NCBI GenBank assembly: GCA_963693365.1
Contig: CAVNZM010000018.1
Span: 62,001 to 126,000 of the forward strand
DNA: 64,000 nucleotides
DNA from: Amoebidium appalachense
Lineage: Eukaryota; Protista; Ichthyosporea
Direction of reading: 5' to 3'
Position numbers and translations under genes: made by a program. This document shows positions 1-27,363 of this stretch, in pieces (positions within the stretch are counted from its first letter, which is position 1; each line of letters starts with the position of its first letter). The notes below the pieces were generated by a model, which worked only from the letters and a program-made list of their open reading frames with translations, did not search any database and was not told the origin of the DNA.

Positions 1-387
1 GGAAGGGAGGGCTGCACCTTCCGCTGGTTTTTTTTTTTCTCGTGCCTGTGTTTCAATAGTGGGTGGTAGGTGGTGGTAAAGATAGACGCCTGCCCCCTTC
101 CCTCCCCTCCCTACCACACACACACAAAAGATTTCTTAGCTTTGGAAAAATAAACGAAAAGAAAAACACAACGAAAGAAAAAATGTGGGAAGGCGGGATT
201 TCTTCCACATTCTACCCTTTCCTCTCCATATAGTCTTGTGTGGGGACTATGTAGCATCACAAGGGAGTCTGGAATAGAAGGAACCTGGGAGCGAGCGCTT
301 AGTGTATGACCAGTCTGGAGAGAGACAAACATACCGTACGTGTAGACTTTCTTTTTTTTGGGGGGGGGGGGGGGGGGGGGAGGGGGG

Positions 388-439
<52 letters not shown>

Positions 440-1115
440 TGACCGTGCCTGGCATCATCACATATGTCTTCCAAAATACACAATTATCGCTTCTCTTAGC
501 AGAGCTTTACGGGTAGTCAGAGCAGACTCTGTTGCTATTTCTAGCCACATACGAGAGCCAAGGTGCCAGGTGTACGGCACGGTGTGTATAAACGTTAGTG
601 ATGCAATGCTCCCTGATACACTAACAGTGTGTGTTGGCTGCAATAAGATTAATAGCCAACAAGTGTGAGCCACACTTCTACGTACACCTTTAGCACCCTA
701 GCTACGGTGCAGTCGGTGCTGTGTGGAGGACGGTAGTTCCTATGAGGGAGGACCCCTCCGGGAACAAAACGGGGTTGGAAAAAAAACAAACAAAAAAAAA
801 CATACAAACAAAAAAACCACTGCTATGTTCAACTGCTCACATTGTGGAGTGACTGCCTTGCAGGTCCACAGTGTTTGTTTGTACACGAGAAACCTCTGTT
901 GTGAGGCCTCGGAGTAGCAAGTGGCACACACAACATGAATACAATGGGCAACTTACGTACGCCGGCATGTTATCCCCTTTCCCTGCCCCCTTCCTCTCTC
1001 TCTTGTATACGTACACGTTTCCCCCCTCTCTCTCCCCCCCCACCCCCCACCCCCCTCCCCTTCCCCCCACACTTTATATTTCTAAATTTCCTTTTGGGCG
1101 GGTGGGTGGGTGGGT

Positions 1116-1163
<48 letters not shown>

Positions 1164-1195
1164 CGCGCGCACGCTGTGTGTATGGGCGGGCGGGG

Positions 1196-1231
<36 letters not shown>

Positions 1232-1871
1232 ATGACTGGGTATATATATGTCGGTACCGGTGTGTGTTTGGAATATGTCGAGACTGGAAACCGGGAGTCC
1301 TAGGCCTGGGCTTTCCGTGTAACCCCCCATCCCCCCCACCTCCCCCCTTCCTTCCCGCCAAATAAACAAAAAAAGGACACCCTCCCCGCTTTTTCTTCTT
1401 GCCCTGTACGCTACAGTCTGTGCATATGTTTTTCTGCCAATGTACATGTAAGCAATAGTGTATATTTGATGGCAGTACCTGCACAGGAGGGCAGCTACTT
1501 GTAGCCACATTTCTTTTTTATTTAAGTGCGGCTACAGGAAAACCCCAACGGGCAGGGAAAAAAAAGAAAAGAAAAAAGAAAAAGAAACCACAAGCACTCC
1601 CCCTCCCCCCCCCCCCCCCCCCCCCGGCCTTTCTCCCCGTCCCCCCGGCCCTTTCGCCTGGGTAATTCCTCCCCTGCCTCTGCACCTAGTGTCACCTATA
1701 GGCATCCCCCCCCCCCGCCCCCCCTCCCCCCCTCCCCCCTCCCCCCAACCTGCAACCACCACACCTGCCACTGATATCACCAGCCGCGCCGTCAGTGGGG
1801 CCATTCCTCATATCGAAAATCCCTTGATGTCTGTACATTGCATCTGTTTGCTAATGTATGTTTACTATAGA

Positions 1872-1880
1872 TAGGGGTGG
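1872..1880. repeat. Target-site duplication (left copy) taggggtgg; right copy at 6637-6645
   Basis: Identical 9-mer on both sides of the LINE. The last 2 G may be microhomology with the element's 3' end, so the true TSD is 7-9 bp. Confidence 0.75.
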
Positions 1881-2072
1881 GGGTTTACGCTGTTTACTCG
1901 AGGCAAAGAGAACCAGTCTCAGGTAGGGGGGGGGGGTTTGCTCGGAATATCCCCTCAGCGGTATATCATGATCACGTACATAGATGTCGGGTGGTGACTA
2001 TATATCAGGGTTTACTTTCTCTACGAGACACCATAAAGACTACAAGGAGAAATCAATTAGTTGGGGTTCCCC

Positions 2073-2111
<39 letters not shown>

Positions 2112-2143
2112 GGGCTCCCCTCGGGACACTCGGTATCAGCTGG

Positions 2144-2210
<67 letters not shown>

Positions 2211-2214
2211 TGCG

Positions 2215-5200
2215 CTATAATTTTGTAGTGATGTGTTTCTCAAGCCAATCAATACATCTAATAAACAGGTCGTAGTTACGCGTGTTTAGTATAAAATCAA
2301 GGATGTTGTAATTTACAGGTAGGCTATCTTTCTGGGTGTCTGTTGTGAATGTGACGTGTGTGTGTTGCGGTATTATGTGGTCTATCAAACTACATTTGGC
2401 GATACATGACCGGTTAAACTGGTGTGTGTGTGTGTTGTTTGGGCATGCAAATGATGCCACCTTATACTTATTAGATCTCCACTGTATAGCACGTGTACAG
2501 TAAAAGCGTGGTAATTGATCAATAATACCATCAGCTAGAGAAAGACCAGTTCTACAGGAAGGTAATATGTATTTAGGTGTTATACACTTGCGAGTGCCAT
2601 ATTTGGCAATATGGTTGAGGCGGTCAGTATATATAAAACGAGACATAAGGCTTAGTTTTTCAAGGTGTATGCTTTCATCGGGTCTAGTGTCGTGTGGTAT
2701 CTTTTTCCATTTGTTATATTGCGTGATTATCTTGTGATTGTGTACATGTTTAATAAGTAAGTGGCAGTCCAAAGTCACACACACACTATTGCGGGGTTTA
2801 TTTGTATTTGTGCCCAGGGGAGAAGGGGAGAGAGAGGGGAGGAAAGAGGGGAGAGGTGAGGAGGGGACAGGTCGGATAGAGAAGAGAGGGTGGGAGGGCA
2901 AATACTTCTTTAAGCGGCTTATGTGCTTATTGAATTTCAGCGCGAGATAGGATACTCTAGCAGCTATTGGGACCAGACCATATATCGAGAGCGTTACAGG
3001 CCCAGGTTTACAACAGTTGTTAGATAGAAAGGAGGCAACTTCTGCTTCAAGGAAATTTGCCAAGGGTTTAAGCGCTCTAGTTCTCTCTTTCTTGATCCAA
3101 GCGGCGAGAAGGGGTAAACCATATTCACATGCCGGGAAGACAAAAGTGCGAATAAATGTAAGTCTAATAGAAGGATGGAGGGGTGTGTCTTTAAAAATAT
3201 TAGCCGAGAAGAAAGCTAACCGCTTACGAGCCAACTCTACCCTCTTTTCGACCATATGGGGAAACATAACACCAACAGAATCAACCGGAACACCAAGATA
3301 TTTGTATTCTGGAACTATAGGTACAGGTTTAGATGATAATGTAAATGTGTGTAAATTGTTAGCTATATCAGGTACAAGAACACCACATTTGTCTATGTTA
3401 AGGATCATAAGGTTTGCCTTGCACCACTCTGACACTACATCGAACAATCTTTGCAGGCGTCTAGGGGTACGGGCAAGGAGGGACAGATCATCAGCATAGA
3501 GAAGTGCAGGCGGAAAGTTATTAATAGGGTCATCGTTTTCGGCGTAAATCTTGACAGCCAAATCATCTATAAATAGGTTAAACAAAAAGGGGCTAAGCAA
3601 TGAACCCTGCAAGAGACCTCTAGTACGAGCAAAACCATATGAAAGATGCCCATTAACCACAGCTCTACCATAGGTTTGAGACAAGAGTGCTTCTAACAGA
3701 ACACCAATGCAGTGTGGTACACCCCGTGCAGCAAGCTTTTCCCATAGGAGACCAGGGGAGACAGAATCGTAAGCAGTTTTCCAATCAATAAAGCCAACAT
3801 ATTGTGCACCAACTTGCATAGAATCGTGCAGTGCCATTATTTGAACATAACATGAATTGTTTTTACGAAAAGCGGATTGGCATGGGTGTATGTGAAGAAT
3901 AGATTGAAACCTAGGGTGATGTGCAAATAACCTAAGTAAGCAGGCTTCAAAGAATCTACGAACAACCTGGGTTAGTGTAATGGGGCGAAAGGATGATATG
4001 GGGCCCTCAGAGTCCTTCTTAACTATGGGGATCACTAAGGTATCTAACCAAGATGACGGGACATGTCCACATTTAACACACCAAGAAAAGAGAGAGCTTA
4101 ACATGATAGTAAGATCAGGTTTAATAGCACGATCACTTTCCTTTTGTGGGTAGGAGGGAACAAGGATTTTAAGAAACCCAGCAGGGAGTCCATCAGGTCC
4201 ACAAGACTTACTAGAGCTATAACTAGATATCACAGACCATATGGCATCGGGACTGAAAAAGGGGAGGATCGATTCTATGGGGATAGATGGGTCTACAGGC
4301 CACACAATAGGTTTCTGAGCGGGGGTCCTATCTTTAAACAGTTCCGAGAAATACTTATCAGAGTCTATGAGGGGGTCTCCAGTGGTATCACCAATAATAC
4401 GAGCAGGGGGGCCAAATCGATTCATACTAGCAAGCCGGCGCAAGCTTTCCTTTTGAGACAGGGGTTCACCTAGTCTAGCGGGAGTGGTGTTTGGTAACAA
4501 GAGAGCATCGGGATATTCCTTCCTACCACCGCCAGCATAATCACCGAGATCTATCAAATCATCAACAATAAAGTTAGTGCATGTATCTAGTACGAGATGT
4601 GAATCTGGCCTGGCTTGTGCAGATTCTAATAGGCGCATATATATAGGGTGTTTCGTAGCATAGCATACACATACATCAACTCTACCCCACTGTGACTTAA
4701 GCTGGGATAGACGGAGGCGAAAGGTGGGAGGGGGAGGGGGGAGCAGATCAAGGGAGATCTTAGGTAGGAAAAGGATAGGAGAGTGGTCAGATGACCTAGA
4801 GAGGTTAGGAGGGAGAGAGAGTTTTGACATGGTTGATGGCCAAAAGGCCACTCCCCAGTCGGTGTTGTGGGCATGGGATATTTGAGGGAACCGCAAAGTG
4901 TGACTTTGGACATACCTTGCTAAAGGGATAGCACGCTCCGGGGGCTTAGATGGGTACCCGACACTCACTTGCAGTGTGTCTGTGTGGTGGAGTCGCGTGT
5001 TAAAATCACCTAAAATAACAGTGGACATTGGTAACTGTGACAACTCGTGAGTCAATTCGACAACCGACATAGATGGTGGGTAATATACAAAAGTAAAAAC
5101 ATTAGAAAGAAACTCTATAGAAACCGAGAATTCCGTTTTTGCTACCGGTTTGCACTTCACTCTCACGTGTGGTGCGGCAAGTACAATAATGCCTCGGTTT

Positions 5201-5409
5201 TTCGCGTAACCGGGGTGTGTGGATGTGTCGACCAATGTAGAGTTGAATTTGTGGTGGTTTTTAAACTGTGTTTCGCAAATCACTGTAAACGTGTGGTTGT
5301 TTGTCTGTTGTTGTATGTAGCTGATTTTATCGTCGAGTGTCCCGGGGGGGAGGCCCTTTTGGGGGCCCAGTGTCCGAGCATTCCAGAAGAAGAAGGATAA
5401 ATTAGGCAT
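2215..5409 (-). CDS. LINE ORF2: AP-endonuclease + reverse transcriptase, 1064 aa
   Basis: APE motifs FWNARTL, ICETQ, YYPPS, GDFN, SDHSPI; RT motifs GPDGLP, FRPITL, QSAFR, FIDWKTAYDSV, GLLQGSLLSPFLFNLFIDDL, LYADDL, YKYLG; C-terminal Cys/His segment CPNNTHTHQFNRSCIAKC. Confidence 0.96.
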   Translation of the reverse strand: MPNLSFFFWNARTLGPQKGLPPGTLDDKISYIQQQTNNHTFTVICETQFKNHHKFNSTLVDTSTHPGYAKNRGIIVLAAPHVRVKCKPVAKTEFSVSIEFLSNVFTFVYYPPSMSVVELTHELSQLPMSTVILGDFNTRLHHTDTLQVSVGYPSKPPERAIPLARYVQSHTLRFPQISHAHNTDWGVAFWPSTMSKLSLPPNLSRSSDHSPILFLPKISLDLLPPPPPTFRLRLSQLKSQWGRVDVCVCYATKHPIYMRLLESAQARPDSHLVLDTCTNFIVDDLIDLGDYAGGGRKEYPDALLLPNTTPARLGEPLSQKESLRRLASMNRFGPPARIIGDTTGDPLIDSDKYFSELFKDRTPAQKPIVWPVDPSIPIESILPFFSPDAIWSVISSYSSSKSCGPDGLPAGFLKILVPSYPQKESDRAIKPDLTIMLSSLFSWCVKCGHVPSSWLDTLVIPIVKKDSEGPISSFRPITLTQVVRRFFEACLLRLFAHHPRFQSILHIHPCQSAFRKNNSCYVQIMALHDSMQVGAQYVGFIDWKTAYDSVSPGLLWEKLAARGVPHCIGVLLEALLSQTYGRAVVNGHLSYGFARTRGLLQGSLLSPFLFNLFIDDLAVKIYAENDDPINNFPPALLYADDLSLLARTPRRLQRLFDVVSEWCKANLMILNIDKCGVLVPDIANNLHTFTLSSKPVPIVPEYKYLGVPVDSVGVMFPHMVEKRVELARKRLAFFSANIFKDTPLHPSIRLTFIRTFVFPACEYGLPLLAAWIKKERTRALKPLANFLEAEVASFLSNNCCKPGPVTLSIYGLVPIAARVSYLALKFNKHISRLKKYLPSHPLFSIRPVPSSPLPSFLPSLSPSPLGTNTNKPRNSVCVTLDCHLLIKHVHNHKIITQYNKWKKIPHDTRPDESIHLEKLSLMSRFIYTDRLNHIAKYGTRKCITPKYILPSCRTGLSLADGIIDQLPRFYCTRAIQWRSNKYKVASFACPNNTHTHQFNRSCIAKCSLIDHIIPQHTHVTFTTDTQKDSLPVNYNILDFILNTRNYDLFIRCIDWLEKHITTKL

Positions 5410-6586
5410 CGGTTTGGTCCGACACCTGTGGGGTTGGTTCCCACTTGTCGCTTACGGGGTCGTATGCATGACCTTCCGCCAGCGCGAACAGTTCGCAGAA
5501 GAGCTCGATTTCCATCTCGCATCGGCGTTTGCGCTCGAGCAGTTTCTCACCAGAAAACATTGGTTCCTTCGTGTCCGTGTCTATCACGCTCGTAGCATCG
5601 TTTTCCAACTTTGCGAGGAACTCTTTTGCCTTGCTGATGCGTACACGACAACGTGTGGCGCACGCATTCTTAGCAGACACTTTACGTTCTTTGTCTGCTT
5701 TCTGAATGTTTTCCGGCGCGCATGGGTCGTAGCTTGGGAGGTGGGTGAAGAAGCTTCCACACCCCTTTGTCGCGTCACGGATGAACGCACGGTTATAGTC
5801 GCCCCGTACTGCTACTTCCAGCACATCGTATCCAATGAAGGACAGACAAAGGATGCGAGAGCACCGGAAGCCGAGAGCCTTGAAGATGGACCACATGGCC
5901 CTGTGTGGGCGTCTGCCATGCTTGACTTTGAAATACACCCTCTCGTATTTGGGTGGGATGTTGATGTTACCGTTTGCTTGGGTGTTCCCCTTAGCCGGCG
6001 GTTTGGGAGGGGAGTTGCGGCGGTACTCGTTGCCTGCAAGAATGCTGGCATATGTTTCCTTGGCAATTTGGCGGAGCTCGGGTGTTTTACGAGAGTTCGC
6101 ATATTCTAGGAACTCTGCCGGGAGCTGTGCTTCCGGTCCTGTGTTGTTTTGTGTTGGGGTGGAAATGTCTCCGTCGCGAGATGTTTGCTCATGAGTTTTG
6201 GGGTTTTGCGATCCACTAATGTTTAGCTGGGCTGTGAGTGAATCAATGGTGAGCTTGAGTTGGGTATTTTCTGTTTGGAGTTTTTCTATCATGTTCTTGA
6301 GTGGTAACAGCTCATTTAGCTGTTTCTTAACGAGGGCAAGTTCTGCCAGTACTGTATCAACCGAAAGTTTCGGCATGGTTGTTATTGTGTTTCTACGGAG
6401 TGGTGTGGTGTTATTCTGAATGGGTAGTGTATTGTAAATAGGTGTTGCGCTTAGTCTAAGGCGATGTTTTTCTGGTTGTGCATCTGTGGTAGGTGTATCT
6501 GCTGGACGTTTTAATGGTCGCACATGTGTGATGGGTGTAGATGGAACTTTGAAAGAGGTTCTGAAACGATTATAGGCATGTGCCAT
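5402..6586 (-). CDS. LINE ORF1 (coiled coil plus putative RNA-binding domain), 394 aa
   Basis: Lies immediately upstream of ORF2 and overlaps it by 8 nt. Heptad-like stretch LAELALVKKQLNELLPLKNMIEKLQTENTQLKLTIDSL; globular segment RVYFKV...SRILCLSFIGYDVLEVAV. Function inferred from position. Confidence 0.85.
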   Translation of the reverse strand: MAHAYNRFRTSFKVPSTPITHVRPLKRPADTPTTDAQPEKHRLRLSATPIYNTLPIQNNTTPLRRNTITTMPKLSVDTVLAELALVKKQLNELLPLKNMIEKLQTENTQLKLTIDSLTAQLNISGSQNPKTHEQTSRDGDISTPTQNNTGPEAQLPAEFLEYANSRKTPELRQIAKETYASILAGNEYRRNSPPKPPAKGNTQANGNINIPPKYERVYFKVKHGRRPHRAMWSIFKALGFRCSRILCLSFIGYDVLEVAVRGDYNRAFIRDATKGCGSFFTHLPSYDPCAPENIQKADKERKVSAKNACATRCRVRISKAKEFLAKLENDATSVIDTDTKEPMFSGEKLLERKRRCEMEIELFCELFALAEGHAYDPVSDKWEPTPQVSDQTDA

Positions 6587-6779
6587 GACATGGATGGGGG
6601 TGTTCCCCGGCCCTTAGGGCCACGGATGGCCTGGTTTAGGGGTGGATGCGCGAAGGATACTATTTATTAGCAGATAATAAAAAGCGACATTTGAATCGAT
6701 GTGTGCGACGGTAGCTGCCAGAAGGAGAATTATTGAATGCATGCACATTCATGGACAGGAAACAGGAGGGAGGGGGGGG

Positions 6780-6821
<42 letters not shown>

Positions 6822-7279
6822 TTTTGGCGCCAAAATGCCCAAGCAACGGGCAGTCCAATCAGCAGCCTGAGACTGGCGAGGTTACAGGGCTGTAAATCAG
6901 TGCATTAGCAATCAAACCCCCTACAATAAGTTGAAATAATGCCCAACAAATCTCTGAAAGAGATCGAAATATTTGAGTTTATATTACCGTGCTTTGGCTT
7001 TTAAGCATTTACAATATCGGCCCCGGATGGCAACCATACTACGATTGGTGCGTTCGGCATATTGCAAGTCACGGACACACCGTTTTGTCACTAATATCAG
7101 TTGTAAAGTTTTGCGAAGTTTTGCTTATATCTGGGCATAGTATCCACTCCTACATGCCACACGCAGCATATATGCAGAGATAGAACCCAGTTTCATGGCT
7201 AAATAGGTGACACTTGTAACCGCTAGCACACATTTATCAACAACATCTACGCTAGATCTTACCTCGAGACAAACGCAAC

Positions 7280-24081
<16,802 letters not shown>

Positions 24082-26197
24082 AGGGGAGGGGAGGGGGGCG
24101 GGAGGGGGGGAGGGGTAGGGAAGAGAGAGCGAGAGAGAACGTGCAAAACCCAAGCAAGTATGAAAGACTGGGGCTGTGAATAGGCATACGAATGTGTTTT
24201 CTTTTTATTCGTTTGATACCACAGGGCTTATGGGGTTCCCGTATTCACAAGGGCAATTACATGTATTCCGGTGTAGGTTTCTATTTTTCTTCCTTCTTGT
24301 GATGGTGGCGGTTATTTATATATGATCTGTACATAGCTCGATAGAGCACAAAGTGGGAAAATGAATTATGCTGCTGGGCGGCAACTATTGCACTATGAAT
24401 AAACTTTCACAAACCGTGTTATGAGCATACCAAGTTCTCAAATGATTATCCATGCATCACATCTGCTCGTGAAATAAGCAAGTACTCAGGATGTGTGTTG
24501 CCGGGCACGAGGCTCACGCAAGTGTTTATTTTTCTGATTATACAGAGGTTTACATGTTGTCACACGGTAAAAAATCACTCTGACTATATGGCATTAATGA
24601 ACGTGTCAAAGGCACCTGTACATGTACGTATACATGTGTTTCTCTTTCTGTACATGTTGACCCCTTTCACCGCCATCGTGACAACATGACCATGTGATGG
24701 GTGGTCCTCTCATTTTGATGCAGCCTTGAATTATATAGTCACTCTGAGTGCTGTCTCCCTGCGGCCTCGTGTTCTTCTTCCTTTTTTTTTTTTTTTTTTT
24801 TTAGGTATAATGCCACAGGCAGCGTAGTCACACAAGGCCGGGCCCAGCCACTTACGTAAGCCAGCGGGTACATAGCCTTGGAGACTATGAAATATACGTC
24901 TGCCCTCGAGTAATATCAAACTATTCTTTATTCTACCCACACTGGCGACACGTGTAGGATGAATTTCGCAACAACTCGAACTGAAAGGGGGTTGTTCGTT
25001 TTGTCTGTTTGCTCAGTGTATGATGTAACATGTTTGTTTTGGTTTCATGTTTTTTTTTGCCATTGAACACATAATTTCCAATTGTCAGGGGTGCGCTGTG
25101 GAATGCATTTTCGGGTACTCTACAGCTTGTGATTGGATCAAAGCGCACTTCCGGTATGTAAGATGGAATCGCCACTTGCGTCACCGGGCCGGTCACAGCA
25201 CCATGAGGCACGGATTCAAAGAGCTACTAGCCACAACAAAGGTAAGATGAATATGAATATTTTTTTAAAAAAAAAATGTCTACGTAATATTCTCTGTTAA
25301 TTTACCTAATTGTATTGTATTGTTGTCCAACTTTCAGTTTCATTTGCCTTAAAAATTTGCGTACCTCCGCATAGATGGACAATGATTCGCTACTGGATGA
25401 GCCGCGCTCCAATCAATTCCTTGTAAACAAAGAAACGATGCGTGCGAAAGTCAACATGTGTAGCCACAAATGGCCTTAAATAGATAACTTTTGGGTGGAA
25501 AGAGAGGGGAAGAGGAAAAAGAAGAAAAAAGATCTCAGTTACATAAATTCTGCAATAAAACACAATACTAAACGGCAAAAATAGTAATTATTATGCCCAT
25601 AATGCGGAAGCTACCAGGGCCCGGTTCCGCCTTTAGGGAACATACCAGTGACTTATCACTCTCGACCAATCAATTTAGACCCTCGCACCAAATTTTTGCC
25701 ATCTGAAGTTCAATTTCACTTTTTTATAAGCAAGCCAACGATCGAATACTGGCGTGGGTTCCCTTTGTTTGGTTTCGCAGCATTTATATAGTTATTAATT
25801 CACGTTTCAGCAGCTTGTTTGGTAACCATAAACGCGCATGAAATATCTTTGCGTTGTGACATCTTCTTGAACATGCGCCTGCAAATATATCCAGGAATCG
25901 CATGGCCGGATATCCCGGTGCTGGCCGGCGAGTAATCAGGCGTTTCGAGGGACACCTGTGTAAGTGTCTTAACGCTTTGAAAGCTAGTTTCCTTGTTGAA
26001 TATAATATTTGAAGAGGATTCATGAACACGCACGAGATAGTATATATGAAAATAAACCCGGATATTTTCTCAGAAGTGTAACTCACTACAACTCACACAG
26101 ATGATGCATATGGTGCCTATCAACAAGGCGTGCAACTATCATACCCAAAGCAGCGCATGACAAATAACTAATCATGTGGTGATATTGGGTGCATTAA

Positions 26198-26286
26198 CCA
26201 ATCAGTCTCTGCTTTCAAACGATGTGAGCATCCAATCATCATTCGCGCAAGCCGCCCATTCACATGCTTTACCTCCACATATAAAA
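26198..26286 (+). promoter_or_regulatory. CCAAT-CCAAT-TATA core promoter of the UBL gene
   Basis: ccaat at 26198 and 26232; tataaaa at 26280-26286, about 90 nt before ATG 26377. Confidence 0.6.
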
Positions 26287-26376
26287 GCCCCCACATAGCC
26301 ATGCACACCACATTTCCTTTCCACGTCTCACTTCTTCGTTTGGTGAAGCATACTTTCACCCTAGCAAACTTTGAAA

Positions 26377-27363
26377 ATGACACACAACCACAGCGAAGCA
26401 GGGAGCACAGACGTTGGCAAACCCACAAACATGGCACACACAGAGACCTCAGAGCAGGCATCCCAAACACCCACCACCGCCACCCCACCGTGCACACCTG
26501 CACGCGAGTTTAATGCTGAAGACACAGCAATCCCTCTTAGCCCGACAGACATCACTCCCCCACCCTTCCCTCCATCATCTTCGAGCACAAGCAGTAAAAC
26601 CGCACACACGGCACAACACGCGGGCGAGGTGTCAGGGCCACACCACGGATGCGCAGCATGTTCGCGCAAAAGACAAAAACCCGCGTCGTTGCGGTTCACC
26701 GTGCAAACAGTGATGGGGACCGTGTACGCTGTTAAGTGCCGTGAAACAGACACCTTCAGCTACCTCACCTTTAAGCTTTACGCAAAAACAGGCCTGAGGC
26801 CCGACCGCCAGCGCCTAGTTTTGGACGAAAGGGAGATGTATTGTGAGGAGGAGTGGACGCTTAAAGAGTGTGGCATACACAACGGCTGTGTGATTACTCT
26901 CACACCTTATATGGCTGCCGGCTTTGTCACCCACCTACGGGTAAGTTTTTCCCCGCCCGTTGCTCTTCTTCCGCAGTTATTATTCACAGTTCTTGTTTCT
27001 CTTCTTACCACCTGCCTGCCCTCTCCAATTGCCTATGACAATGTTTTGGCTTTTATCCGCTTTTTTAGGCACCGCTTTTCTTGTGTCGAAGACCAATAAT
27101 TAGCCTTCAAGATCTATACCAGACACAAAAGATCTAAGACCTTGAATCTAACACCATTTTTCCTTTTGCAGAGTACTAACGAGAAGCCAGCAAAACAGCC
27201 GAAGGTGATCCAAGAAGAGCCGAAGGAAGAGACTACAGCCCCACCCAAAAAGCGAGACGCACAGTGGTGGAAGGAAAAGCAGGGCGAACATCAGGTTTTG
27301 AGGAGTAAGGTCGAGGAATTGAGGCAGAAAATGGCCGAAAAGAAGAAAAAGAGCACACAGTAG
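26377..27363 (+). CDS. Ubiquitin-like domain protein with C-terminal basic helix (midnolin/ZFAND4-like), 2 exons, 251 aa
   Basis: Exons 26377-26940 and 27172-27363; intron gtaagt...ttttgcag, phase 0. UBL: LRFTVQTVMGTVYAVKCRETDTFSYLTFKLYAKTGLRPDRQRLVL...TLKECGIHNGCVITLTPYMAAG. Tail: EHQVLRSKVEELRQKMAEKKKK. Confidence 0.82.

Larger units (their letters stand above)
1881..6636 (-). mobile_element. Full-length non-LTR retrotransposon (LINE-type, ORF1 + APE-RT ORF2), clade undetermined
   Basis: Two long intact ORFs on the minus strand. Direct repeat taggggtgg at 1872-1880 and 6637-6645 flanks the element (TSD). The 3' boundary is confirmed by a second copy ending at the same sequence (cgtaaaccccc, 50291). 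Confidence 0.93.

Noticed and set aside
3017-3499. Antisense ORFs inside the LINE (also 5414-6109)
   Set aside because: Shadows of ORF1/ORF2 with no motifs and non-ATG starts.
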